The translations under genes and the position numbers were made by a program. A stretch of 64,000 nt of DNA from Eledone cirrhosa (taxonomy: Eukaryota). The stretch is from contig OZ024741.1 in assembly GCA_964016885.1 (NCBI GenBank), forward strand, positions 45,074,001-45,138,000, written 5' to 3'. This document shows positions 1 through 13,452 of the stretch, in pieces (positions within the stretch are counted from its first letter, which is position 1; every line of letters begins with the position of its first letter). The notes beneath the pieces are model-generated. The model was not told the origin of the DNA and ran no database searches. It worked only from the letters and a program-made list of their open reading frames with translations.

Positions 1-16
1 ACATCTCTTTATGATA

Positions 17-131
17 TGAGTTCAAATCCCGCCGAGTTTAACTTTGCCTTTCATCCTTACTGGGTTGATAAAATAAAGTACCAGCAATGCACTGATATAA
101 TTGCTGGCCTTGTGCCAAAAATAGAAACAAT
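17..131 (+). mobile_element. tRNA-derived SINE, 5'-truncated
   Basis: B-box GAGTTCAAATCC followed by the same body and 3' end (ggccttgtgccaaaaatagaaacaat) as about 9 other copies in the window. Confidence 0.8.
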
Positions 132-329
132 TTTTAAGAGCAAATGTGCTCCCACGCGCTGGTTTTGTATACGTTACTACATTTTCCTATTATCTTTCCT
201 GTTGTTCCCAAATATCTGACAGACTATTTCTTCATTCCATGCCCAAAGAATGTTGCTTGTTTTGTCTTATGTAGAAGGGGAAATGATATGTATGTGTAAA
301 GATTATTCGGTAGGGAATCCCTATTTTAG

Positions 330-593
330 GAAAGAATCGCTGGACAGATTTTACGGGCAAAACCAGACGGCAGGAGACCCAGTTGTAGACCCCGAGCTAG
401 CTGGTTGTACAACATTCAGGATCTTGGCTGGTTTCGCATGAGATTCCACCCGGATCAGGTGAAGATGGTTGCTTCTGACAGGACCTGTTGGAAGGAGTGT
501 TTGAGGACTCTGTTCCCACGACCCTCTCAGGAATAAGTCGGAGAAGAAGAAGAAGAAGAAGAAGAAGAAGAAGAAGAAGAAGAAGAAGAAGAA
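330..593 (+). mobile_element. RTE-clade LINE 3' fragment with (AGA)n tail
   Basis: 330-536 translates ERIAGQILRAKPDGRRPSCRPRASWLYNIQDLGW...DRTCWKECLRTLFPRPSQE*, resembling the RTE/Expander C-terminus (GRRPxGRPRxxW); (AGA)n at 541-593. Confidence 0.75.
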
Positions 594-1544
594 AACCCCT
601 ATTCTCGGTGTAAATATAACAGTTTTTGCTTCGCCAATTCAAGAATGTACTGTACTATGATATATTAGTATATATTGGTGTCTAAGCCTTTCACTGGGAT
701 ATTCGTCGGTCAGTATCTGAATATTTTGTTTGGCACTGATCATTGCAATAAATGCCAGTCAAGTATTGGTATCAATTTAAAATATTACCAATTTATTAAT
801 TTTCTGTCGCTCTACTTTGACCATGATGGTGAAAAGAATTCAAGTGCTTAGTTGATTTCACTGATTCTATTTGTGTCATTGATTGGCATGTATTTTATGA
901 CCCAAGAAGAGTAAAATGAAATGTATACTTTGAAGGGATTGGAAAGCAGAATGCTGTGAACGTCCTCTTCAAGACATAGCTAGTCTTATTTCTATTTAAG
1001 ACTCCCTAAAAATATTGCAGCTAAATAGACAAACGTTTTGCAATTATGTACATGACAGTTCGAAGGATATACATGTTATATTGCTATGTTTGTTATTCTT
1101 ATGTTTAAACCCATGTATTTCTTGATCAAACAGACCTATAATCGAAAGCATTCCACTCATGAATATCCCACCTTGTTAATTGAATATAAGTAATCCATTA
1201 TGAAATGTGCGCTTTCCTTATTGTGCGTAATATAAGTTAGATTTAGCCGCTATATCTAGCAAATCAAGTGACTACATAGAAGATCCTTCATAGTTTACAA
1301 TTAACGAAAATGTATATATTTGATTACCCTCTGACATGGAAATGTACAGGGATTATAGCCTTACGATAACTTTCTTTAAAGAATCCATGAAATATAGATA
1401 CATCACCGCTTTTTTCTTATCCAAATATAATTATGAATGCATACTTACATTTTGTTAGGCTATTTAATTCACAATCAAATGTTTCTAGGAGGCATCAGAT
1501 ATAAGTATAAACATTGACGTATTCATATTATTATAGTTGAGAAT

Positions 1545-1732
1545 GGGGCGGTCGATTGGCAGTATCGGTAGAGCATCGGACGCCATGCTTTGACGCATAG
1601 AGTTACGGCCCTTGCCATTCTGAGTTCAAATCCCGCCGAGGTTAACTTTTCCATTCATCCTTACGGGTTCGATAAAATAAAATACCAGTAATGTACTGGG
1701 TGATTGCTGGCCTTGTGTCAAAAATAGAAACA
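1545..1732 (+). mobile_element. tRNA-derived SINE, full length, 18-bp TSD
   Basis: A-box-like TGGCAGTATCGG and B-box GAGTTCAAATCC; TSD attattatagttgagaat at 1527-1544 and 1733-1750. Confidence 0.9.
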
Positions 1733-2776
1733 ATTATTATAGTTGAGAATATTTCTGACTTAAATAAATATTTCTAGTAAATTATTAAATATTTTGGTAA
1801 AACGGATATGATCCGAGTGGGGATGAAACCAAGGGTGCCTGAAAATTAGTTTTCTACTTGTATTGTATAGAGATATGGAGCCACTCATCTACACAGGAGA
1901 TTATTAACCTATCGAAAATGGTACGTGCTGTGTGTGTTGCACACATCACCAATTCGTCCATTTCTTACGTTATGAGATAATTTACTTCAGGCAGATCTGG
2001 TTGCTGTTTCTAGCAGTTCAGGTGAGTACGTAGAAGCTCCCCTAATAACCTCTTCGCGATGTGAGGGTTTTTATAAGATTACCACCAGACATTGAAACTT
2101 CCAAGCAAGAATAGCCTCACGGGAATTTGCTCTCACTCACCTATCTAATATTTTATTTACTGTAGCACCACACACACTCACTCACTCACACACATACATA
2201 CATACACAACACATACACAGACACAAACACACATCTCTCATACACACAGACATACACAAAATAAAACAATATTCCTAAAGTATAGAGAAATATAAGAATT
2301 GTATGTATTAATTGTACACATCACCTATGCTCTGACAATAGTTTAACATCAGATCATGTATTGACTGCATGTTCAACAAATGATGTTAATACAAACAGTT
2401 TCCTTTCTGACTTCTCTCATATCAGAACAATATTTGTGTTGGTGTGAGATAAGATTTCTTTGTTGTATCTGGTTCCTTGTCCTTCGGCTTTTTACAAATC
2501 AAATAATAACTATAACTGAAACTTCAGTTCTTCCCCAAATTTCAAGGAATAAAGCGGAAACGTACGTATATTTTAGCCTCAGGAATAATAAGATAAAGAA
2601 AAGGAATCGAATTCATTCTTGGTGTTTTGTCATAAAAGATCCACACGCCATACACCATGAATATGTGTAAAGTATTATAAGGAATGTTTATGGAGACATA
2701 CGTACATACATAATACGTACATAATACATACATAGGTACATACATACCTACATAATACTTACATACATATATACAT

Positions 2777-2813
<37 letters not shown>

Positions 2814-2900
2814 ACGTTAAGACCCTCTTCCTGCCATATATAGTGTTAACCTAATATATCCATAATATATATGATTGTGTTGTTATCTCTGTTTACCTTT

Positions 2901-2969
<69 letters not shown>

Positions 2970-2978
2970 ATATATATA

Positions 2979-3028
<50 letters not shown>

Positions 3029-4477
3029 TGAATATATTAATTTATCTCTCTCTCTTTATAAACCTATATAGACACACACACACACATATATATATAAATA
3101 TATATAATTCTGAAGTGATTGTAAGTTTTACAATAACATTGCTTTCACAGTTATCTTCGGAAACGGAGATATTCTAAAATCAGTGAACGCAGGTATAAAA
3201 ATGTCAAATATTGCAAAGAAATGTTATATTCAGAATTCAGGACGACACAATGTATGCACGAAAGGACATGCAATAAAATTTCAGTTTCAAGCATACGGAT
3301 AACACATGATCCATATCAGCTCCAATAATGCTCAGAGGTCTAATTCACTACTCCACTGCTCATTCATTCACATCACATGGCGTTTCATGAATGTCACTCG
3401 TGTGCCACGCGTAATAAGCGGAAGAAGGTAGACAATGTTTCAGCTATGACTTTTTTCCAAATTCAATGAGATGCCCGTCCGAATGTCAAACCTGTAGTGC
3501 TGCGTTCTTTCTTATATATTTTTTTTTTCACCCATAAACGAAACAAGAAAATCCGGGGACTCGTTATAATTCTAGACCGGCTGCGATCAACTCGAGCGAA
3601 TTGTAACAGAAAAATTCCGCTTTAAGCAGTCACGGACAATGAACATCAGATTTCCGAAAGCTACATGGACTGTCACAGGTGAAGCACTAGCATTACTAAT
3701 CTATTAGACGCTTAAGTCTAACAGTCCGCACTACAGGAATTGTATGACTTGATTCGGAACTCGCGCATTTGGGATCAAGGAGGGTAGGAAGTGAACAATT
3801 TAGGATCTTACAAAGTTCGTCCTCTGCAAAAAACGCTTAAAGACAAAACTTGATCTCTTCAAATGGTGTATACATGTAATTGCTATTTACTTGGGAAAAG
3901 TCACTGGTTTTCCCGTCATCAGATTTCCACCCACCTTGACTTTGATAGTTTCCCTTTCCACAAAACATTTTCTACTTTATACTCACACAATACCGAACTC
4001 ACTGACACACAGGCATACACATTTCAAATACGTTTTCTACTTGAGTTATTACCTTCAGTAAATCACGACGTAGATATATCAACTACCAAACCTTATGTAA
4101 TCTAAAGGTATTTTAAAACTCCTACTTGCTCTTGATAATAGAAGACACTATCCCGATTGTTCCTCCACGCATACCGAACCACATTGAAACTTAAGATAAT
4201 ACTTTGATTTTTCTGTATATGAACATAAATAAATAATATATATTAATGACTTTAAGTTAAAGTTAGAAGCTTCAAGTGACGTTTTAGACTATGAAATATA
4301 ATCCAACAAGCTGGGCGTATAAGCCCCTGGAGAGTGAAAATACTGGAGAGGATACAAACTGAACTTGGTAGATTATTTTTCATAGTCAAAAACATACATT
4401 GAATCTAACGTTAATTTAAATTCAATAAAAATCATATCCCCTCAAAGGGACTAAAATATAGATCAGTTATATATATA

Positions 4478-4659
<182 letters not shown>

Positions 4660-5193
4660 TGTCTGTCCGTCGGTCTGTGTCAGTGTATGTTTCTGTGTGC
4701 ATGTGTGTATAACACATTTCCTATCTGAAATATGTGTTCGGCCAATAATTTGGGGAGCGCTTCAAGTCAAAAACAACTTAATAAACATATATTTGACTGT
4801 TATAACTGAAAATATAATAAATATGACATGTTAAGGTGTATTGTGTTAAATATTAAATATGCCAGAAGCATTGATTCCATTTCTTTAAAAAGAAATGCTC
4901 TGAATATTATTTCTACCTTATATTCAAATCACAATTTTCATATAAAATGTATATTAGAAATGTTGCGTGGTTCAAATCAGAGTTATTACATTACATCCAT
5001 TCATTCCTTCATTCAAGAACTTTTACCTCAAGATGGAATGCCGTTGTAACCTGGGAAGTGTCTTGATCATTTTAATTCGACGGATCCACAAGCTTCTCCA
5101 GTCCAAATGATGTCGCGACGAGGTCTCCCAGAGATAGAGAGATAAAGAGGGAAAAAGAGAGAGAGAAATAAATAAATAATTAAATATATGTTA

Positions 5194-5285
<92 letters not shown>

Positions 5286-5288
<3 letters not shown>

Positions 5289-5540
5289 TATAAGCTTTCA
5301 CCGTATTTTTGACTAAAGAAATCTTAGCCTGATAGTGGGGTTTGGAACCCTCAGAGAATTTGAATGGAAGGATATGGGTGATGTGTTGGTGTAATGGTAG
5401 CACAGTGGTCTGGATAACCAAAGATGTGGGTTCGACTCCCATGTACGTCAATACTCATTTTTTCCATTTCTCTGAGGGTTCTAAACCCCATTATCAGGCT
5501 AACATTTCTTTAGTCGAAAATACGGTGAAAGCTTATATTT
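5286..5540. repeat. Inverted repeat (~73-bp arms) enclosing a tRNA-like sequence
   Basis: 5286-5358 is the near-perfect reverse complement of 5468-5540. Confidence 0.85.
5380..5450 (+). pseudogene. tRNA-like cloverleaf (GGA in anticodon position, short variable loop); pseudo-tRNA or SINE head
   Basis: GATGTGT/GTACGTC acceptor, GTGT/GCAC D-stem, TGGT/ACCA anticodon stem, GTGGG-TTCGACT-CCCAT T-arm; T-run at 5458-5463. Confidence 0.6.
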
Positions 5541-5759
5541 CTAATTTTCAACCTCGCTCACTGTTTTCAAAACACACTTAACTTGATATATATATATATA
5601 TATAATGAAAAAAGATGAAATTGAAAATGCAACTTGAGTCTTCTTTTTTTTAAATATATTTATTTGGTTTCTTTACCGGTTTCGCAGTTCTTGTGCGTTT
5701 CAAAAGTAGAATTGAGATGGAGGAAGAAAAACCACAAACCCTCCATCTCAATTCTGCAT

Positions 5760-5831
5760 CGCCTGGTTCAGGAATCGAACTCACAACCTCACAATTGTGA
5801 ATCCAATACTCTAACCACTCAGCCACACGCC
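5760..5831 (-). mobile_element. tRNA-derived SINE-like head followed by a 16-bp hairpin
   Basis: Minus strand GGCGTGTGGCTGAGTGGTTAGAG...GAGTTCGATTCC (A and B boxes); perfect stem 5708-5723/5740-5755. Confidence 0.65.
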
Positions 5832-5844
5832 TATATATATGGAA

Positions 5845-6276
5845 AAAATGAAATTTCATTTCTCACTCTGTGTACGGCTGATACTTAAATATAAGTATGT
5901 ATATGTACATACATATATGTATACAGACGTACGCTAGTATGTATATACATACATACATGCACACACATATATATATGTACGTATGGGTTTACCGAACATT
6001 TATTATAATGCTCGATTTGTTTGTAAACAAACAGCCCGAATTAGTAGCCGTACAGTGTTCGGCAACCATCGTTTAACAAAAGGGCAACGATGGTGCCGAA
6101 CACTGTACTGCTACTAATTCGGGCTGTTTGTTTACAATCAAACCGAGCATTATAATAAATGTTCGGTAAACCCATACGTACATATATATATATATATATA
6201 TGTGTGTGCATGTATGTATGTATGTATATACATACTAGCGTACGTCTGTATACACATATGTATGTACGTATACATA

Positions 6277-6285
<9 letters not shown>
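5845..6285. repeat. Fold-back copy of HHR family B (this copy lacks the ribozyme segment)
   Basis: Palindrome centred near 6080; arms match 32107-32400 and 50880-51680. Confidence 0.75.
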
Positions 6286-6342
<57 letters not shown>

Positions 6343-6346
<4 letters not shown>

Positions 6347-6960
6347 GCCTGAAACGTCGTACCCCACCAACACCCCACTCTCAAGAGCGTGAAATTAATA
6401 AACATTCGTTGTACTGCCTCTCTGTTTTGTCCCTGTTCAAATTTTTACATTATATATAATACACGCTCACACCGCTTCCATTCCTTGGAACATAACTTAA
6501 CTACCGGCTCAACCCCAATCTAATCCGCCGTGACCTTTCTCCGAACTTTACACACCTTCCCACACTTGGTCTTTCCTTCCACGCATTACCTCTCTTTGAT
6601 TTTGTTACTGTACTTGTTTTTTTCCGTATAAGATTCTTTGCCTGTGTTCTTACAATTGTATTTCTATGATTTTTTGTTCACGGTTGCCTGTGTTTCATTC
6701 CTTGTATTTTGATCATGCTTTATTTTTATTTTTATCTTTATTTTTTATTTTTTCATTCGCACCGTTTCCTTTCGCTATATGTCTCTCCACCACTCCCCTA
6801 CACACCCTTTGAACTCTGTTCCCACACACTTCCCACCTGAGGAAGGGCTTATGCCCGAAACGTCGTCCCCCACCGACACCCCACTCTCCAGAGCGTGAAA
6901 TTAATAAACATTCGTTGTACTGCCTCTCTGTTTTGTCCCTGTTCAAATTTTTCCATTATA
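6343..6960 (+). mobile_element. Non-coding PLE-like element with ~110-bp terminal direct repeats, in (TA)n
   Basis: 6344-6455 repeated at 6850-6960; HHR motif at the start of the second repeat. Confidence 0.7.
6835..6866 (+). ncRNA. Minimal type I hammerhead motif
   Basis: ac CTGAGGA a GGGC ttat GCCC GAAA cGTC gt; stem I very short. Confidence 0.6.
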
Positions 6961-6964
6961 TATA

Positions 6965-7077
<113 letters not shown>

Positions 7078-7157
7078 GTGAGAGAGAGAAATACATAGAT
7101 AGAAATAAATAGAAAGAGTTAGAGTAAAAGTGGGAGTACGAGAAAGGGTGGAATAGA

Positions 7158-7690
7158 GAAAAAACTCCTTACATCCGTTTTCAAACTCATCCATATCGTT
7201 GAAACACCGCCCGCGCAGGAATTGAGCCATGGCTAAAAAATTTAGTAATTTAATTATACAAATCTGGACTGTTGGCATGGTAAAGCAGCACTTTCAGCCT
7301 CTCAAATATGAGCTTAGTCATAATGAGCCTAGTCATGTGTCAGTTCATGAAGAACTTCTTGACAGCGTATATTCACTCGGCTGCTTAGCTTATGGCGCTG
7401 ACAATTGATGGTGCTGTGAGAAAGACGATGTTCTGCCGACAATTTACGAGTGGTTGCACTTGGCTGTTGATCAACCTTTTCAAGCAATTCTCCGTCATTC
7501 ACAACAGAAGGTTTCCGGGCCTGGTGTCACCTTCATTGAAACGTCTAAGCTATTTTTATGCTATACCTTTGTTGGCACTTCCTGGGACTTCCACATCATC
7601 AACTTATATTTCTCGTTGCACTTACACTCAGTTCTTTGTTTTACATGTAGCGTGAAATAGAAATTCTTTCACCACTCATTATCGAAGCCG
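7158..7690 (-). pseudogene. Degenerate, internally deleted mariner-type transposase
   Basis: Minus-strand peptides AMAQFLRGRCFNDMDEFENGCKEFF (mariner C-terminus-like) and RRFNEGDT (N-terminal HTH region-like); many stops. Confidence 0.55.
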
Positions 7691-7924
7691 TACAATAAAG
7701 AATAAACAATCAATGTTTACATTATATATGTTTATATCTATGTATGTCACCAAAATGTGCCAAAACGGTGCATCCTAGAGAAACACACAAGTAATTTTCG
7801 AAATCTGTGTCCCAAGGCGAAGGTTTTTGTTCACAGGGAGTTACTTAATTCCGAAGAGATTAAAAGAAAAATAACACATAGTACTATTATCTATGCCAAT
7901 TAAAACGTAGTCTATGATAAATAT

Positions 7925-7953
7925 TGCCCGGCAACGACGAGCTATTCTGCTAG
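7925..7953 (+). mobile_element. Helitron-like 3' terminus
   Basis: Imperfect hairpin gcccggcaacgacgagc followed by tattctgCTAG then T. Confidence 0.45.
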
Positions 7954-8151
7954 TATGAAAATAAAAAATAAATAATTTAGCAAAGATTGGGTAAAATGTA
8001 TCAAATTAATGATATAACATGGAGATACATGTTGCCAAAAATCATCAGTGCCTACTTGAAAAAAAAAACACATATGACTCAACTTGCTATATCCACACAT
8101 ACATATGTACATCACTCAGAAGCATTTGTATATGCATATATATATATATAT

Positions 8152-9105
8152 AATATATAAGATCAAAAGATGGTTAAAGGAGTTCCATGTATTTTATTAT
8201 GCGCATTTCAAAAACAAACATCATCATGCAATAATATGTGTGTTCATCAGATAAAACAGGAGAACATGATGTGAAGGCTAAAAAACACTTGTGGATAGTG
8301 CAGTTTTAAATCAACATATGAAAAGTAGTTTTAGATTGATGTGTGATATTGGGAAAAATATTTTATTTAGAGAGGGGGGGGGGGGATGAAAAAAGGGGAG
8401 GAGATGAGAGTGAATTATTATTTTTTCTCTCTATCTTCAAACTTTTTAATCTCAATACATATCAACTCCCTCTCTTTCCCTTCGTTAATTTTCAAATTCT
8501 TTTAATTTATACATTATCTTCCAACGGTTCTCAACCTCTCTATGTAAAACAATATATCTTTTCTCAGTTATAAAAACTATCTCTTTCTCTCTATCACCCA
8601 TCTCTCCCTCTCCACCTTCACTCTCATCTCCTCCCTTTTTTTCATCCTTTCCACCCCCCTCTCTAAATAAAATATTTTTTCCTCGTACATATTTTTCCCT
8701 TCGTTAATTTTCAAATTCTTTTAATTTATACATTATCTTCCAACGGTTTTCAACCTCTCTATGTAAAACAATATATCTTCTCTCAGTTATAAAAACTATC
8801 TCTTTCTCTCTATCACCCATCTCTCCCTCTCCACCTTCACTCTCATCTCCTCCCCTTTTTTTATCCTTTCCACCCTCCCCCTCTCTAAATAAAATATTTT
8901 TCCCAATATCACATATCAATCTAAAACTACTTTTCATATGTTGATTTAAAACTGCACTATCCACAAGTGTTTTTTAGCCTTCATATCATGTTCTCCTGTT
9001 TTATCTGATGAAAACACAAATATTATTGCATGATGATGTTTGTTTTTGAAATGCGCATAATAAAATACATGGAACTCCTTTAACCATCTTTTGATCTTAT
9101 ATATT
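8152..9105. mobile_element. Fold-back non-coding element with two opposed HHR copies
   Basis: 8152-8413 is the reverse complement of ~8836-9105; internal direct duplication ~8476-8690/8695-8900; HHR copies at 8192-8256(-) and 8999-9065(+). Confidence 0.8.
8999..9065 (+). ncRNA. Type I hammerhead ribozyme
   Basis: ttttat CTGATGA aaac...gttttt GAAA tgcgca TA ataaaa; palindromic stem III ATGCGCAT. Confidence 0.75.
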
Positions 9106-9193
9106 ATGTATACTCCAGTCCTACAAACTGTAGAGTGCTTCTTATCCGATATCTGCATTGCTTTATTGTACTACAATAAAACTCACCTCCTAC

Positions 9194-9250
<57 letters not shown>

Positions 9251-9253
9251 TAC

Positions 9254-9310
<57 letters not shown>

Positions 9311-9340
9311 AAAGAATAGAGGTGTAACACACAAGTTATT

Positions 9341-9525
9341 ATATATTGGTAAACGGAATAGAAAATGCTGACAAATTGTTCACAGTTGAAAAATGACACA
9401 CGTAAACACACATGCTCCATGGTGCAATACAAATATATTTTTTTGTATTGCACCATGGAGCATGTGTGTTTACGTGTGTCATTTTTCAACTGTGAACAAT
9501 TTGTCAGCATTTTCTATTCCGTTTA

Positions 9526-9534
<9 letters not shown>
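9341..9534. repeat. Perfect palindrome with ~92-bp arms
   Basis: Arms are exact reverse complements around a short AT spacer near 9437. Confidence 0.9.
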
Positions 9535-9584
<50 letters not shown>

Positions 9585-9671
9585 GTAAAAGGTAAACAGA
9601 AATAACAACACAATCAGTACAGTATATGGAAGGGATATATTAGGTTAACGCTTTATATAGCAGGAAGAGGG

Positions 9672-9707
9672 TCTTAACGTTTCGGATGCTAGTCCTTCAT
9701 CAGAAGA
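9672..9707 (-). ncRNA. Minimal type I hammerhead ribozyme
   Basis: Minus strand tctt CTGATGA a GGA ctagca TCC GAAA cGTT aaga; downstream tail also present at 2813-2860. Confidence 0.75.
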
Positions 9708-10319
9708 AAGAATGAGAAATAAGATAGATTGAGGGGACGGGCGGGATGGAATTAGAAAAAATGTCTTTAGATAAAAATAACAGGTCCATTCATGTTGACA
9801 TATCTTGCAAATATGTGTGAGCGTGTGTGTGTATGTGTAGTAATAGTATATACAAACACCAAAATCCAAAGAGGACTTGATATATAATATATAGGTGTAT
9901 ATATATAAATCCGTAGAGTAAATATTTATTAATAGTACAGATGAAAAGTTTAAGCACAGAACGTCTGCTTTCACCCAAAGCGGAATCATCTGAAACTGAG
10001 AAAAATCAATCTGTAGTCGCAAATTAAATATCCCAAATGTTTGTACGTGTGTGTCTGTTTGTACCTGTGTTGACGTTTGTGTATTTGTCAGTGTGAAAGT
10101 CCCGTGACTAACAAAAGGTACCAGGCTTGACAAAATAATTACTCGGGTCTACAAGCCTTTTACTGCCTGAGGGTCAGGCTATCCCATTTATCGAACTACT
10201 GGAAAGTTTATGATCGAAAAGATTAACCGTACATTTCATTCGAACTATGTTTCCAGAGAGTGAACTGGGCATTTGCTGATAAGCGTAGAGGTTGATGTAC
10301 ATGTCATACGCTAGTAAGA

Positions 10320-10503
10320 GCTCTTCGGACACCATGATTCACAGCATAGAATTACGTTCCTTTACGTTCTGGGTTCAAATTCCGCCGGGCTTAGCTTTGT
10401 CTTTCATCCTTACGAGTTCGATACATTAAAGCACTAGTAACGCACTGGGGTCGATTCAATCAATTTTCCCTCTCCCCAAATTGTGCCTGTAGTAGAAATC
10501 ATT
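10320..10503 (+). mobile_element. Diverged tRNA-derived SINE
   Basis: GGGTTCAAATTCCGCC...ctttcatccttacg body matches the family. Confidence 0.65.
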
Positions 10504-11504
10504 ACGAAAATCATCTGAAAGATTCATAGGCTGAAACGTTCATAGCCTGGCAAAGATACGTTCATCTCATAACCAAATGAGGTTTATTCTTCAACATAGT
10601 TTCTGGAAACAAACAATGCAGTTATTAGTAAGAAGAGTTGAAATAAGTGTATGCAAGATTTCACAGCCCTATCATCAATCCTTCATAATCAGCATATGAA
10701 CATTTCAGCCTACACTTGTATGTGCACGACAAGTTGAATAAATTCACATTTCACTCTATATATGACCAGGTATGTAAATGTTAGTTAGCAAATGATATAG
10801 AATATCACACGTTGTTTTTAAACTTTAACTATAAAGAACATTTGTCCTTTTATAGCATTTAAAGAATGGTGTTCTTCTGTTTAAATACTTTGACTGTGAT
10901 TCAATATGTTCATTTTTCACATTTGTGTAGCATTAAAAGATGCTATATTCTATAGCATATGAAATGTGTATGTAAATGAAGGTTAAATGTGACGTTATTA
11001 TATTATTTTTATACTCCACTGATACCACCATACTGTCAGACAATCTACCACTGAGCTTTCAGCATGAATTATTTGTTATGCTCATTTGTAGCAATTCATT
11101 GATATACTTAATATCTGGCGAAAGTTAAGAACCATACAATTTCAATCTCTATGTGATCGCCGTCTGTAAGCTAGTTATATTCATTGATGGAATCATATGT
11201 GTATAAAATGACCGGCAATTTTCTTTATCTCGCGTGTGTGAGAAATATATATTATTGTCTATTTATTTTATTTGTTCTAATATTGTGCAACCAAGAATAG
11301 CATTATTTCTGCATTGGAGCGAAATACAGAATTAATTATAATCCGACTAATGTATGCAAATATATATTTTCACACACCACGCAATGGTACTTGAATTTCG
11401 GTTATCAACGAATGTCTGCTTCTTATAGAAATATCTGTCACCCATACGCTAATGGAAGATGTGTATTTACAGAGACAAATATACGCCAGACACACAGATA
11501 CGAG

Positions 11505-11517
11505 CACACACACACAC

Positions 11518-11595
<78 letters not shown>

Positions 11596-11600
11596 ACTCA
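11505..11600. repeat. (CA)n microsatellite
   Basis: Direct reading. Confidence 0.95.
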
Positions 11601-12119
11601 CTTAAAGTCTGTGAATCCACTTGCAGTTTCAATTACATCATATTTGTATTTAGCGGATACAACTATATAAGCCACTTAAATATCTATTTTGTGTACTTCC
11701 TAACATTTATTTTTTAAAGGTACTCCGTCGATTCCTACGACGAGTGTTTCCAATTGATACGATGAAGTGACACTCCGAATTACAAAACTGACACCCCGAA
11801 ATATAGGTACAATTCATTTTTGCTAGCTGCATTGACTCGAGAAATTTAACCTCGAACAAATGAAAATCATTACCAATATTGGTAGGAGATAAATTTATAA
11901 GAGCTAACTTAAATAAAGGAGGAAGCTGCTCGAAGACAGTCGCCCTGTAGGAATTTGAAGACAAATATCTTGTAAGCTACATTCTACGGCCTTCATAGGG
12001 AGTACATATCAGTAGAGAGGATGACATGGTGGGAAATTTGGTTATGTAAATATACGTTAGTTTTTGAAGTGACGTCCAAAGGAGTATTTTCCACCACCAA
12101 ATAACTTGTCCTCCACCAC

Positions 12120-12298
12120 TGGGTCCCTGCCGACAGGATGTAGAATGCATTGCTCCGGAGGACGTTGAAAGAAACGCGCTGAAACAGCCACTCCATCCCG
12201 AGGAGCGAGCACTCACGGGCGGCCAACTCCGCCTCGATAGCAGTGAGTAGGGATGTGGTCTGGGGACCAAGAACGCCGAAAGTCTCCACTGCTACTGG
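12120..12298 (-). pseudogene. C-terminal fragment of a CRE-like (RLE) non-LTR retrotransposon ORF
   Basis: PVAVETFGVLGP...WLFQRVSFNVLRSNAFYILS resembles the PxAxETxGxxG...QRxSxxxQRGNA tail of CRE-type elements; GC-rich island. Confidence 0.65.
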
Positions 12299-12479
12299 CT
12301 CATTTTGCTAGATAAACTGTAAAGTTTTAAATTCATAAACAAAAAGAATAATGAGGTGGATTCATATCATGATTGGGTAATAGACGTAATCTCTCTTTAG
12401 TGAAACCTATTCTCTTACAACAATCCGAACATATTCTCATTTCTTGATACATTTACCACATCCCGGACAAAACATTAAA

Positions 12480-12670
12480 TAATTGTTTGTACTTTTGGCA
12501 CAAGGCCAGGAAATTACCCAGTACATTACTGGTACTTTATTTTATCGACCCCGTAAGGATGATAGGCAAAGTTACCCTCGATGGGATTTGAACTTATACC
12601 GTAGAGGGACGTAACTATGCTGGAGAGCATGGCGTCCAACCCTCTACATATACTGCCAATTCACCGCTCT
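12480..12670 (-). mobile_element. tRNA-derived SINE
   Basis: Reverse complement of the 1545-1732 family; imperfect TSD cattaa(a)ataat. Confidence 0.8.
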
Positions 12671-12693
12671 TCATTAAAATAATATGCATACAT

Positions 12694-12860
12694 TGGTGTT
12701 AGGAAGGGCATCCTGCCTTAGAAGCCTCTCCAAAATCAGTTCTGTATAAGCAAGACATGGTCATCTGACCTGGCTTGTTTCACAATTGGACAACTCGTCT
12801 AACACATGCTAGTGTGCAAAATTGGATGTTAAATAGTGGTGAAGATTATGATGATGATGT
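12694..12860 (+). mobile_element. 3' part of a second SINE family (Meta-domain-like) with (GAT)n tail
   Basis: ttggtgttaggaagggcatcc...ggatgttaaa...gatgatgatg. Confidence 0.5.
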
Positions 12861-13060
12861 TGATCTGTGCTATCCATGAGTGAGATATCGAAGTCAATTT
12901 GGATCGTCCATAACAGGAAAATCTGTAATAAATACAATAGTATATACGCAAATATATATGCGTGACACATTTGGGAAAAATTAACGAATAAAGAAAGAGT
13001 AGGAAAAAAACAGAAGGGAGCTCATCAGACTAATGAAATAAGGTTTGTCCTACTAATAAT

Positions 13061-13452
13061 TGTTTCTACCTCTGGCACAAGGCCAGCAATTAACCAGTGC
13101 ATTACTTGTACTTTATTTTATCGACCCCGTAAGGATGAAAGGCAAAGTTAACCTCGACGGGATTTGAACTCAGAATGGCAAGGGCTGTAACACTATGCGT
13201 CAAAGCATGGCGTCCGACCTTCTACCGATACTGCCAATTCACCGCCCCTTGTCTTACTAATAATTGCTTCTACTTTTGGCACAAGGCCAGCAATTATCTC
13301 CGTGCATTACTGGTACTTTATTTTATCGACCCCGTGAAGATGAAAGGCAAAGTTAAACTTGGTGGGATTTGAACTCAGACCGTAAAGGTGCGTAACTCTA
13401 TGCTGGAAAGTATGGCATCCAACCCTCTACCGATACTACCAATCCACTGCCG
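13061..13452 (-). mobile_element. Two head-to-tail SINE copies with three TSD copies
   Basis: ttgtc(c/t)tactaataat at 13045, 13249 and 13453 (204-bp period). Confidence 0.85.

Noticed and set aside
5468-5540. Hammerhead in the right arm of the inverted repeat (CTGAGGG ... GAAAGCTTA)
   Set aside because: Core is non-canonical and I could not form stem I
11707-11964. 85-aa ORF as a possible host exon
   Set aside because: No recognisable motif or convincing splice-site pair
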